From Candidatus Krumholzibacteriales bacterium (GTDB lineage: Bacteria > Krumholzibacteriota > Krumholzibacteriia > Krumholzibacteriales > WJIX01): a stretch of 64,000 nt of DNA. The notes under the pieces were generated by a model. The model was given only the letters and a program-made list of their open reading frames with translations. It searched no databases and was not told where the DNA came from. The DNA lies in the NCBI GenBank assembly GCA_046483305.1, contig JAWODM010000034.1, positions 1-64,000 of the forward strand. The letters run 5' to 3'. Within the stretch, counting starts at the first letter, position 1; each line of letters begins with the position of its first letter. The position numbers and the translations under genes were made by a program. Below are positions 1 to 8,827 of the stretch, piece after piece.

Positions 1-121
1 CCGGAATCTCACCATTCTGGGCTTCCAGATATATCTGAAACTTCTTCTCAGGCGATAAAGATCGCCGCTTCTTTTTCCCGCTTGATGATTCTCCAGATTC
101 TTTGTTTCTCTTCACACTCAT
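1..121 (-). CDS. Transposase N-terminus (IS3 OrfA-like HTH), partial
   Basis: Manual translation MSVKRNKESGESSSGKKKRRSLSPEKKFQIYLEAQNGEIP resembles the RRxxSxExKxxI start of HTH_Tnp_1 proteins. Purine-rich RBS GGAAGGAAAG upstream. Confidence 0.6.
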   Translation of the reverse strand, partial: MSVKRNKESGESSSGKKKRRSLSPEKKFQIYLEAQNGEIP

Positions 122-237
122 GGCTTTCCTTCCCGTTTGCCGGTTTCTGGCTGACTACGGTCGCCCTACGGGCTCCCTCCGTCAGCCCGTCCCTTCCAGC
201 TTACCATGTAGTGTAATTCAATCCAACTTCTGAGACA
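1..237 (-). mobile_element. End of an insertion sequence (IS3/IS481-like), truncated by the window edge
   Basis: The minus strand starts TGTCTCAGAAGTT at 237 (TG terminus), has a subterminal hairpin (GGCTGAC 149-155 / GTCAGCC 181-187), then a transposase-like ORF. The sequence turns AT-rich right after 237. Confidence 0.55.
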
Positions 238-271
238 CTAATTCAGAAACATTGGGAGGAATAAGGCTTCA

Positions 272-1063
272 ATGAAAATAAAAGCACGAATTGAAAAAGG
301 AGAAGCTTTAGTTAATTCAGATATTAATAACGACCAAGAATTGGATGACGTCCTGGCTGAAAAATCACGATGGTCAAATTATAATACAGAATTATTAACA
401 CGGTTGTTCAGCAACAATTCCTTTGCAGATGAATACAATGGCTTGCTGCAATGTATACCAATGGATCCTGAGTTTTCTTGGAGAGTAAATTTCTTTAAAA
501 AAGTTACACTAAGTGAAATTAATAGACTTAAATCAATTTTAGAGAGATTAGAATTAATACCAGTAGAAACTTCCCACTTTGAAGAGATAGAAAATGAATC
601 CAAGCTAGTCAAAACAGATTCTCGTGTTTTTGTTGTCCATGGTAAAGATGATGCTGCTAAACTTTCTGTAGCTCGCTTTCTAGAAAAACTAGACCTTGAT
701 GCGATAATACTGCATGAACGGCCAAATAAAGGTAGGACAATTATTGAAAAATTTCTTGAAGAATGTGCCAAGGTTAATTATGCAATTATAATTCTAACTC
801 CGGATGATATTGGAGCTTCAATCGATTCAAGAGAAGAAAAAAAAGCTAGAGCTAGACAGAATGTAATATTTGAATTGGGATATTTTATTGGAAAATTGGG
901 TCGGGAAAAAGTGTGTGCATTGTATAAAGAAAACATTGAATTACCTTCAGATTATCACGGTGTTTTATATATTAAAATTGATCCTAATGAAGGATGGAAA
1001 TTAGATCTTGCTAAAGAAATGAAGGAAGCAGGACTTCCAGTTGATATGAATAAAGTAAGGTGA
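272..1063 (+). CDS. TIR-like nucleotide-binding domain protein (CAP12/Pycsar TIR family, PF10137-like)
   Basis: Motifs VFVVHGKD, ILHERPNKGRTIIEKF, LTPDD, ARQNVIFELGYFIGKLGR and ELPSDYHG. AT-rich gene. Confidence 0.9.
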   Translation: MKIKARIEKGEALVNSDINNDQELDDVLAEKSRWSNYNTELLTRLFSNNSFADEYNGLLQCIPMDPEFSWRVNFFKKVTLSEINRLKSILERLELIPVETSHFEEIENESKLVKTDSRVFVVHGKDDAAKLSVARFLEKLDLDAIILHERPNKGRTIIEKFLEECAKVNYAIIILTPDDIGASIDSREEKKARARQNVIFELGYFIGKLGREKVCALYKENIELPSDYHGVLYIKIDPNEGWKLDLAKEMKEAGLPVDMNKVR

Positions 1064-1077
1064 AAACTTACAAAGGC

Positions 1078-1210
1078 GTATAACAGCCAATAGAGGCGGC
1101 TTCGGGCCACACGGCCCTTTGCGCATGTGCCTCGCTGGCTTGGTACTTCGCAAACTCGCGTGATCAGCGACAATTATTTTTCCCGAAAAGAAAAAATAGT
1201 TGACGCTAGA
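1078..1210 (+). other. Partial, degenerate attC-like site downstream of the TIR gene
   Basis: GTATAAC (R''-like box) lies 15 bp after the stop, followed by GC-rich imperfect hairpins and an inverted repeat AGCGACAATTATTTTTC/GAAAAAATAGTTGACGCT. No clear R' box. Confidence 0.4.
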
Positions 1211-1215
1211 CATCC

Positions 1216-1304
1216 GCTTAACGTTATCATCAGCGGTGTCGTCACCTGAGCTTGACGCGATTAGCGCCGCCGACGTTAACGCCATCCGCTGAATGAAATT
1301 AGAG
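1216..1304 (-). other. Integron attC site (degenerate)
   Basis: Minus strand: CTCTAAT (R'') - ATTCAG CGG (L'') ... CCG CTGAT (L') - GTTAAGC (R'). The R'' context GAACTCTAA is complementary to the cassette start TTAGAGTTC at 1973-1981. Confidence 0.7.
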
Positions 1305-1305
1305 T

Positions 1306-1968
1306 TCATCGTAAGTGTATAGGATGTATAAATTCATTGTGTATTTTTGTAAAAAGCTCCAATAATAAGGGAAGATTTTCCATACACTTTATTGCATGAC
1401 TTTCATTAACAGATCCAACGATACCTTCATGAACAAATTTGTTTCTTCCGTCGGCGATCTTTTTCATATCACGGTTTAATTTATCGAATTGTGGTCCATA
1501 TGATTTGCATACGTTTGCCCATTTATTACCTATAAGTGTACTGAATAAATTATTTTGTTTTTAGCTATAGGTTTTATTGTCAGCTAATAATCTATTATAT
1601 ATTGGCTTTGATATTTTTAAAGCTTTACATGCTTGAAGAATCAAATGATCCATGAGAGCTTCTCTTAGTGTACAAAATAAAACAACAACCGATATTCTTC
1701 TGGAAGTTTCGCTATCTACGGCAGCTTGTTTTACTTCTTCCAAAGGGTTTTAATGATAAGCAGTCTGGATTATATCTAGCAATACATTTATGTTTAAATA
1801 GAAATACATATATCCCCCATCACCGGGATTATCACATATAGGACAGCGAAATCCTTTCTCTAACCTGCGATTATCGAAATCTACAATATGGCAGTTTTCG
1901 CACATTGAATATGGAGTACTTATCAAAGAACTAAGGCTTTGAGATTTAACATCGACAATGTTTTTCAT
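1306..1968 (-). pseudogene. Zn-ribbon + HEPN-like (RxxxxH) cassette protein with two premature TAA stops
   Basis: ORFs 1750-1968 and 1561-1743 and the unlisted stretch 1306-1560 are one reading frame of 220 codons, broken by TAA at 1750-1752 and 1561-1563. It has a CENC/CPIC pair, a C-terminal RNKFVH, and ends at the attC. Confidence 0.7.
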
Positions 1969-1975
1969 AATTGAA

Positions 1976-2058
1976 CTCTAACGGGCTGCGGATCATCGGC
2001 GGGAGAGGTTGCGAGCTTGCTCGCAGGGCCTACCGCCCGCTGCATGCGCATGATGGCC
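1976..2058 (-). other. Integron attC site
   Basis: Minus strand: GGCCATC (R'' with one mismatch) - ATGCAG CGGGCGG (L'') ... GCGAGCAAGCTCGC ... CCCGCCG ATGAT (L') - GTTAGAG (R'). Confidence 0.8.
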
Positions 2059-2188
2059 GGCGCGCAGCGACGGACAGAATGCGGATGAACATCCGTAGCC
2101 CGTTGGCGCGGCGCTGAGCGCCTCCTTCCCTATTAATTGCTATTTAGATATTCCTCATTCATCAATTCTTTACTCGCGAAGCGTCCCG

Positions 2189-2255
2189 CGCCATCGTGAG
2201 GGTGAGCTGCTGAGAAGCGACAGCGCACTCAGTCAGCTCCACCCACTTGTTCGAT
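2189..2255 (-). other. Integron attC site overlapping the end of the nucleotidyltransferase gene
   Basis: Minus strand: ATCGAAC (R'') - GTGGAG CTG A CTGAG ... CTCAG CAG CTCAC (L') - GATGGCG (R', GTT mutated to GAT). R'' complements the cassette start GTTCGAT at 3048-3054. Confidence 0.75.
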
Positions 2256-3035
2256 CCGATCTCCGTATGTCTCGAGCAACAGAGAAACGAAAAGGTCATC
2301 CAGCCGGTTCGGATCTCTGGTACTCGGTGGCCTCTCGTGTGCTGCCGACAACCTGGAGAGCTGCTCATCCAGAAAGTCGGAGATCGCTGGTATTCTTGGG
2401 CCTTGGTCAAGCTCTTGGCCTGCCAGCTTCTGCTTGACGAGGTCATCTATGGCTTCTCGGACAGCACCGGAAGGGACCAGGCGCTCAACAAGGATTGAGA
2501 ATTGCGTGGGTACCACTCCGTGACCAGCCTCGATCCACATGCAAGCAAGGACGGGGCGTAGAACATAGAAGTACTTCTTGACCCACACACTATCCCCCTG
2601 AAGATACTGGCGGTGATTGCCTTGGGCCATATGCAGGTAATGATACATACAGGAGATAGGAGCATAGTAGTCGGGCATCAACCCGCGGAGTCTCGAAGCC
2701 GCAGTTCCTACTTCCCGGTAAATGATGGGCGACTGAAGCCATTCTAGAAGCGGGGGATTCGACTTCCTGAACAGCTCCAGAGTTTTGGGCAAGTCCCATC
2801 CCGAGATATCGAGATCACCATCAATCGGTTTCTCTATCACATCCCGCTTTTTCTGGATCGTCAGGTACCAATCGACTGGTCGCAAGTAGATGAAACGGAC
2901 ATCGTAGTCGCTATCCGCAGATTTAAACCCCCAGGCTCGGCTTCCGGATTCGCAAGCATACAGAACTCGCACGGACTCCTCTGTCTCTATCCGGTCTAGT
3001 TCGTCATTTACTCGCTTGAGTAGCTGGTCTGTCAC
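2229..3035 (-). CDS. DNA polymerase beta-superfamily nucleotidyltransferase (YcgL/RlaP-like, PF10127-like), cassette-borne
   Basis: Motifs ACESGSRAWGFxSxDSDYDVRFIY, KSNPPLLEWL and KKYFYVLRP. Start moved from 3086 to GTG 3035 because of the RBS GGGGAG and the cassette boundary at 3054. Confidence 0.9.
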   Translation of the reverse strand: MTDQLLKRVNDELDRIETEESVRVLYACESGSRAWGFKSADSDYDVRFIYLRPVDWYLTIQKKRDVIEKPIDGDLDISGWDLPKTLELFRKSNPPLLEWLQSPIIYREVGTAASRLRGLMPDYYAPISCMYHYLHMAQGNHRQYLQGDSVWVKKYFYVLRPVLACMWIEAGHGVVPTQFSILVERLVPSGAVREAIDDLVKQKLAGQELDQGPRIPAISDFLDEQLSRLSAAHERPPSTRDPNRLDDLFVSLLLETYGDRIEQVGGAD

Positions 3036-3389
3036 GTTTTCTCCCCGATCGAACATTGCATATACAGTTTCCACATAACCCGACATTTGATTATATTGTC
3101 AACATATGATCTTTGAATATTTCTGCAATGCTCTTTACACTGTCAATATAGTTGGAACAGACAGTCTCCGACCTGCTTCTTCCGCTGACATCTGAAAAAA
3201 TAAAACCCAAATCTTCCCCCCAAGCTGGATCAACTTATACCATAATAATATAAGTCAGTCAAGGGTATTCACGGGCCGTGTAAATACCCCCCCCCACTTT
3301 TACTTTGACACAACTCCCTAATTTCAATTACCCTTTATACTAAGCTCAGCTTATCCTCACCGTGAAGAAGTGTGGGACAGGATAAAACA

Positions 3390-4232
3390 ATGGAAAAAGG
3401 GATTATAGCCATAATAACCGATTTCGGTCTGGATAACTGGTATCCGGGGGTGATGAGAGGTTCTATACTGGACGTTAACCCGGGGGCCAGGATCGTGGAC
3501 CTCTGCCATAACATCACCAAGCACGATATCTGCGAGGCCGGTTTTGTGCTTGGTATCAGTTTCAGCTATTTTCCCAGGGGAACCATATTTCTCTGCGTGG
3601 TTGATCCGGGGGTGGGCGGAGAGAGGAATAATCTCATTGTCGAAACCGGGGACTACCTGTTCGTTGCCCCTGATAACGGACTTCTCAGCGTAATATCCAA
3701 CAAGGTCGATGTAAAATCGGCTTATTCGGTTGAGGTGGGTGAATTCACCAGGGACCTTGAAAATGGAACCACCTTCCTGGGAAGGGATATATTCGCGCCT
3801 ATAGCGGGGCATCTGAGCCTGGGAACAGATCCGGAGAAGATGGGGGAGAAGGTGGATTCGATACTGACCATCCCTCTGAGAAAGCCCTACCTGGACAAGA
3901 GCAACACCATCATGGGAAAGGCGGAATACATAGACAGCTTCGGCAATATCATCACCAATGTCAGCCTGAATTACCTGAACAGGGTCTTCGGAGACGATAT
4001 TCCCTGGAATAACTGTCTTATAAGAATCGCCGGTAGCGAGCTTGCTGGTATAAGCAGGTACTACGCCCAGAGCTCCAGGGGAGATCTGGTCGCTCTGATT
4101 AACAGCTGGGGGTACCTGGAGATAGCGGTCAACTGCGGCAGCGCTTACGAATATCTGGGCCGCAATGACAAGGACTCAATGGAGATCAGGATCTCTTCGA
4201 ATAAACTGCATTACAGAAGCGCGGACAGATAA
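3390..4232 (+). CDS. SAM-dependent hydroxide adenosyltransferase / chlorinase-fluorinase family (DUF62)
   Basis: Motifs ITDFG, VVDPGVG, APDNGLL, TFLGRDIFAP, IDSFGNIITN and NSWGYLEIAVN. Confidence 0.92.
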   Translation: MEKGIIAIITDFGLDNWYPGVMRGSILDVNPGARIVDLCHNITKHDICEAGFVLGISFSYFPRGTIFLCVVDPGVGGERNNLIVETGDYLFVAPDNGLLSVISNKVDVKSAYSVEVGEFTRDLENGTTFLGRDIFAPIAGHLSLGTDPEKMGEKVDSILTIPLRKPYLDKSNTIMGKAEYIDSFGNIITNVSLNYLNRVFGDDIPWNNCLIRIAGSELAGISRYYAQSSRGDLVALINSWGYLEIAVNCGSAYEYLGRNDKDSMEIRISSNKLHYRSADR

Positions 4233-4987
4233 TGCTTAAGATTACAGTACTAGGAACAGGTTCGATCATACCCACAGCGGGAAGAAGAGCTACCGCGGCA
4301 ATGGTCGAGACTTTAAAGGAAAACATCCTCTTCGACTGCGGCCCGTCGGTTCCCGGGGCGGCCGCAGAGAGCGGATACGGAATTTCATCCATCGACAGGA
4401 TCTTCCTGACCCATTATCACCCCGATCACACCCTGGGGATCGGGCATATCCTGGCTGCAGTCAAGAACGATCCGGATTTCCCTCCGGATGAATCCATACC
4501 TCTGTACGGCCCTCCGGGGCTGGAGGAATTCATCGAAAGCTGGCCGGGTGTATATAATTCTCTGGAAACGGTCATACCGCTCTTTGAGCTCTTCGAAGTC
4601 AGCGGGGATGACATTATCTCCTGCAGGGATTCAGAAGTCTCGGTCCTTGACGCGGTACACGGGAGCGCGCCGGCTGTAAGCTATAAAATCGAATCCGATG
4701 ATTACGTATTCGTCTACACCGGCGATACCGGACTTACAGAAGAACTTGTGGATTTCTGCAAAGGTGCGGACCTGATCGCAGCTGAATGCTCTTTTCCTGA
4801 TGAAGATGGCATGAAAGGGCACATGACCGTGTCTGACGTGGGGAGGCTCGCCACGGAGGCGGAGCCTGAAAAAATAGTCCTGGTGCACATGTACCCGCAG
4901 GTGAACGGGGAGGAGGCCAGAAATAAAATCTCTCAGATGTGCAGGGCCGAGGTTGTCACCGGGAAGGACGGACTGATAGTAATTTAA
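4232..4987 (+). CDS. MBL-fold metallo-hydrolase, RNase Z/BN-like
   Basis: Motifs LGTG, DCG, THYHPDH, YTGDT, ECSF, GH and LVH. Confidence 0.85.
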   Translation: MLKITVLGTGSIIPTAGRRATAAMVETLKENILFDCGPSVPGAAAESGYGISSIDRIFLTHYHPDHTLGIGHILAAVKNDPDFPPDESIPLYGPPGLEEFIESWPGVYNSLETVIPLFELFEVSGDDIISCRDSEVSVLDAVHGSAPAVSYKIESDDYVFVYTGDTGLTEELVDFCKGADLIAAECSFPDEDGMKGHMTVSDVGRLATEAEPEKIVLVHMYPQVNGEEARNKISQMCRAEVVTGKDGLIVI

Positions 4988-5020
4988 TTAATATTAACCA
5001 GTTACAGAAAGGGGGCAGCG

Positions 5021-6124
5021 ATGAAGATCACACTCAGTGTTATCAAGGCGGATATCGGTTCCATAGGCGGCCATATCAAGCCGGGAGAGCGGTTGAAGGG
5101 GAGAGTCCGGAATTATATCGAGAGCAGGGAAAGCAAACTGATTCTCGATTTCGTGGTCAGCTCCACCGGGGATGATATAGCGATACTTCTCAGCCACACC
5201 GGCGGGGTGAGCAACAGCGAGATCCACAAACTGGCATGGGAAGCGTTCGAGGAGGGGACTGAACTTGCAAAGGAGATGGGGCTGTACGGAGCCGGGCAGG
5301 ACCTTCTCAAGGATGCCTTCAGCGGAAATGTCAGGGGTATGGGGCCGGCGGTGGCGGAGATGGAGTTCGAGGAGCGGCCCAACGAGCCGTTCCTGTTCTT
5401 CGCCGCGGACAAGACCGACCCCGGGGCCTACAACCTGCCGCTGTACCTGGCCTTCTGCGATCCGATGTATTGCAGCGGGCTGATACTGAGCCCCAAGATG
5501 TCCGAAGGGTTCGCCTTCGATATAATGGATGTTTCCTATACCGAGGGCGACCGGGTGATTACCCTGAACGCCCCGGAGGATATCTACGACATAGCGGCCC
5601 TTCTGCGCGATAACCAGAGATATGTGGTTGAGTCGATTCGGTCCAGGAAAACCGGCGAGATCGCGGCCGCTGTCAGTACCACCCGTCTGCATAACATAGC
5701 GGGCAAGTATACCGGCAAGGACGACCCGGTGATGATCTGCAGGGTGCAGGGAGAGTTCCCGGCGACCGGCGAGGTAGTGGAACCCTATTCCATCGGGCAC
5801 TACGTGGCCGGGTTCATGCGGGGGAGCCATAACGGGCCTCTGATGCCGGTGAAACAGAACGGCACTATATCATACTTCGACGGGCCCCCGGTGGTGAGCG
5901 GAGCGGCCTTCTGCGTCCATGAAGGAAGGTTCACCGAGATGGCCGACCTGTTCGACCATCCGCTCTGGGACCATGTTCGGGACAAGATATCGAGGAAGGC
6001 GCTGGAGATAAGAGAACAGGGGTTCTCTGGGGCGGCGATGCTGGGATACAATGAGCTTGAGTACGGAGGCATCGTGGAGAAAATGAAGAAGATCGACGGC
6101 AGGTTCAAGGTCCGGGAGGATTAA
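5021..6124 (+). CDS. fbp: Fructose-1,6-bisphosphate aldolase/phosphatase (class V FBPase)
   Basis: Motifs IKADIGSIGGH, GDDIA, LYGAGQDLLKDAFSGNVRGMGP, YTGKDDP and GFMRGSHNGPLMPV. Confidence 0.95.
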   Translation: MKITLSVIKADIGSIGGHIKPGERLKGRVRNYIESRESKLILDFVVSSTGDDIAILLSHTGGVSNSEIHKLAWEAFEEGTELAKEMGLYGAGQDLLKDAFSGNVRGMGPAVAEMEFEERPNEPFLFFAADKTDPGAYNLPLYLAFCDPMYCSGLILSPKMSEGFAFDIMDVSYTEGDRVITLNAPEDIYDIAALLRDNQRYVVESIRSRKTGEIAAAVSTTRLHNIAGKYTGKDDPVMICRVQGEFPATGEVVEPYSIGHYVAGFMRGSHNGPLMPVKQNGTISYFDGPPVVSGAAFCVHEGRFTEMADLFDHPLWDHVRDKISRKALEIREQGFSGAAMLGYNELEYGGIVEKMKKIDGRFKVRED

Positions 6125-6129
6125 TATAA

Positions 6130-6936
6130 ATGAGGCCTTTAGTTAAATATATACTGGCTGTTATTCTGGTGTCGGTTCTCTCGGCGCCTTCCAGCGGATA
6201 TATAATGAAAAAACAGGCGATCAGAAAGGCGCCGGCTGGAGGATTTGCGGTATTCAGGCTGAAGAATATCGCCGGTTCTGTTAATATACAGAGCTGTGAC
6301 AGCGATACCCTGAGCGTTACCGCCCGGTTCAGGATAAGGGCTCCGTCGAAGTCGAAGGCGGAGGAAATATTCTCCGAAACCGGATTTGATTTCGTTGAGT
6401 ATCCGGGTAAGTTATACCTGGAGCCGGACCTTCCCTCTCTGAGACAGTACGGGCTGTTTGCTATAGAGGGCCGGGCCCGCACCTCGGTGGCGATCGATTA
6501 CGAAGTAACGCTCCCGGCGGGCATGGATATCGAAGTTGAGATCACCGGCGGAGATATTATACTGGAAAAAGTGAAAAGCTCTTATAAATTAAGTACTGAG
6601 AGGGGCGAGATCGATGTGGAGAGGCCCGGCAGGGTCGCAGGGAGTGTAAAAACCGCCCGGGGAGATATTACCCTGAGGGCCTGGCAGTGCGGATGGGACG
6701 GGAGATTCAGCGCCGAGTGCGGGTCGGGCACTATCAACGCCTTCTTTCTCCAGTCGGCGGACCTGGTCTTCGAAGCCAGTACTCTGAAGGGCGATATCAG
6801 CTTCCTCTTTGAAGGCATAAGACCTGTTATAAGAGATGATAATTCCATCATGGCGGTTTTCGGGAAGGGCAGGGGAAGGATCAGCCTCTGGTCGGTAAGA
6901 GGTGAAATCAACGCAGAAGAAATTAATACTGATTAA
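6130..6936 (+). CDS. Secreted DUF4097-like beta-strand repeat protein
   Basis: Signal peptide, YEVTLP, and repeated TxxGDI/GxI units. Confidence 0.65.
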   Translation: MRPLVKYILAVILVSVLSAPSSGYIMKKQAIRKAPAGGFAVFRLKNIAGSVNIQSCDSDTLSVTARFRIRAPSKSKAEEIFSETGFDFVEYPGKLYLEPDLPSLRQYGLFAIEGRARTSVAIDYEVTLPAGMDIEVEITGGDIILEKVKSSYKLSTERGEIDVERPGRVAGSVKTARGDITLRAWQCGWDGRFSAECGSGTINAFFLQSADLVFEASTLKGDISFLFEGIRPVIRDDNSIMAVFGKGRGRISLWSVRGEINAEEINTD

Positions 6937-6964
6937 CTTATTACTTTAACCAGGAGAGTAAGAA

Positions 6965-7348
6965 ATGACCGATGAATTCAAAGAGCCAGAAGGGCAGGCC
7001 CCGATGGCAGATCTTTACGGTAAATCCGATATCTCCGTTCCGGTTCAGCTGGCCAGCCTGGCTTCGTATTTCTTTCCGGTGGCGGGGGGTATATTCTTTC
7101 TGTTTGTGGAAAAGACCAACAAACTGATCCGCTTTCACGCCGCCCAGTCGGTGCTGTTCTGGGTCCTGTTCATTGTCCTGACAGCAGTGGCCGGGGTCCT
7201 GGAGAGCGGGATTATCAGCAAGCTGATTTCGATCATTCTTCTGATAGCATGGATCTACGTGATCTATGAATCGCTGCACAAGAGCCTGTCCAGACTTCCT
7301 CTGATAGGTGATATGGCGCACAAAATGATATTCAAGGATGAGAAATGA
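6965..7348 (+). CDS. DUF4870-like small membrane protein
   Basis: Motifs LASLASYF, EKxNxLIRFHAAQS and LPLIGDMA. Three TM segments. Confidence 0.75.
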   Translation: MTDEFKEPEGQAPMADLYGKSDISVPVQLASLASYFFPVAGGIFFLFVEKTNKLIRFHAAQSVLFWVLFIVLTAVAGVLESGIISKLISIILLIAWIYVIYESLHKSLSRLPLIGDMAHKMIFKDEK

Positions 7349-7378
7349 TCGGCCGGAATCAGCCGGAGGAAATATAAT

Positions 7379-7639
7379 ATGAACGAAATCAGGGATAAAG
7401 GCGGCAACGGCCAGAGGCCGGAGCGTATAGTGGCCTTTGGTTTTATAATTACGGGAGCGGCGATCCTGCTGCTCTGGATATTATTCAAACTGCTCAGCCA
7501 GCTTCACACCGTCAGGCTCTCGGTGAGCACTGTGAGTTTCGGGCTGATCATAATCGGGGCGGTTATTCTGTTCATTTCGGTCCTGGCCGAGCGGCTGAGG
7601 GAGAGAAAGACCGACCGCTACAGGGATATAGAGAAGTAA
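7379..7639 (+). CDS. Small two-TM membrane protein
   Basis: Two hydrophobic segments and a basic tail ERLRERKTDRY. RBS GGAGG; sits in the operon. Confidence 0.7.
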   Translation: MNEIRDKGGNGQRPERIVAFGFIITGAAILLLWILFKLLSQLHTVRLSVSTVSFGLIIIGAVILFISVLAERLRERKTDRYRDIEK

Positions 7640-7661
7640 CCAGGAAGAAGGAGGCAGCGAG

Positions 7662-7985
7662 ATGTTAATAGTAACCTCTGATACCATACCGGGAAAGAGG
7701 ATCGTGAAGGCGCTGGGGATGGTGCGGGGAAATACCATCAGGGCCAGAAACATAGGGAGGGACGTGCTGGCCGGGCTGAAGAGTATAGTCGGGGGGGAGA
7801 TAAAGGATTACACCAAGATGGTGGCGGAGTCGCGCGAACAGGCGATCGACAGGATGATAGAGGCCGCCGGGGAGCTGGGCGCCAACGCGGTGGTTACCCA
7901 GAGATTTTCCACCTCTTCGATAATGGATAACGCCTCCGAGCTGCTCTCATACGGAACCGCTGTTATAGTGGAGGATGATGAATGA
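7662..7985 (+). CDS. YbjQ/UPF0145 family protein
   Basis: Motifs IPGKRIVKALGMVRG, GLKSIVGGEI, LGANAVV and YGTAV. Confidence 0.92.
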   Translation: MLIVTSDTIPGKRIVKALGMVRGNTIRARNIGRDVLAGLKSIVGGEIKDYTKMVAESREQAIDRMIEAAGELGANAVVTQRFSTSSIMDNASELLSYGTAVIVEDDE

Positions 7986-8827
7986 AATCAGGAGATTTTA
8001 CGCTTAAGCCGGTGATGGCCGGAAGGTTCCTGCTCGACGGGGGAGCGATGTTCGGCGTGGTGCCGAAAGTGCTGTGGGAAAAGACCAATCCGGCTGACCA
8101 GAACAACAGGATTTCCATGGCGATGCGAACGCTGTATATCGAGACCGATGGAAGAAAGATAATAATAGACAGCGGCGCCGGGACCAAGCTCAACGATAAG
8201 ATGCTGAAGAATTACGGGATAGAGTGCGATGAATTCTCAGAGGTGCTGAAGAAAAAGGGGATCGACCCCGATGAAATCACCGACGCGATATCAACCCACC
8301 TTCACTTCGACCATGCCGGAGGCCTGACCTACTACGATTCAGATGGAGAGTTGCGGCTAACCTTCCCGAACGCCGTTCACTACATACAGAAGGCGCAGTG
8401 GGAAGCCGGGATCAACCCCAACGAGAAGGACCGGGCCAGTTTCTTCACCGAAAATTTCGTACCGGTGGACAGCAAGGGGGGGCTCTCCCTGCTCACCGGT
8501 GAAACGGAGATAACCGGCGGGGTTACCGTTATCCCCACCGGGGGGCACACCCCCGGCCACCAGGTGGTGCTGGTGGAGACCGGAGAGGATACCCTGCTCT
8601 ACTGCGGCGACCTGATCCCTCTGGCCTCTCACGTAAACCTTCCCTATATAATGGCCTACGACCACTTCCCCCTGAAGACCCTGGAGGAGAAGAAGAGGAT
8701 GCTGGGAAGGGCCGCGGACGAGGACTGGATCCTGTTCTTCGAACACGACCCGCAGATACCGGCCGCCAGGGTCAAGAGGAACGAAAAGGGAAGATTCGAG
8801 ATAACCGAAACAGTCGGCATGGAGTGA
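7982..8827 (+). CDS. MBL-fold hydrolase, YtnP-like
   Basis: Motifs LDGGAMFGVVPK, THLHFDHAGG, GHTPGH and FEHD. Confidence 0.9.
   Translation: MKSGDFTLKPVMAGRFLLDGGAMFGVVPKVLWEKTNPADQNNRISMAMRTLYIETDGRKIIIDSGAGTKLNDKMLKNYGIECDEFSEVLKKKGIDPDEITDAISTHLHFDHAGGLTYYDSDGELRLTFPNAVHYIQKAQWEAGINPNEKDRASFFTENFVPVDSKGGLSLLTGETEITGGVTVIPTGGHTPGHQVVLVETGEDTLLYCGDLIPLASHVNLPYIMAYDHFPLKTLEEKKRMLGRAADEDWILFFEHDPQIPAARVKRNEKGRFEITETVGME

Noticed and set aside
1561..1752. Stop-codon reassignment (TAA read as Gln) explaining the split cassette gene
   Set aside because: TAA ends many normal genes in the window and the neighbouring attC sites are also decayed, so pseudogenisation is simpler.
3069..3262. dif/XerCD-like half sites (TTTCCACATAA, TTATACCATAA)
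   Set aside because: Only one arm resembles dif in each case; there is no matching second arm at 6-bp spacing.
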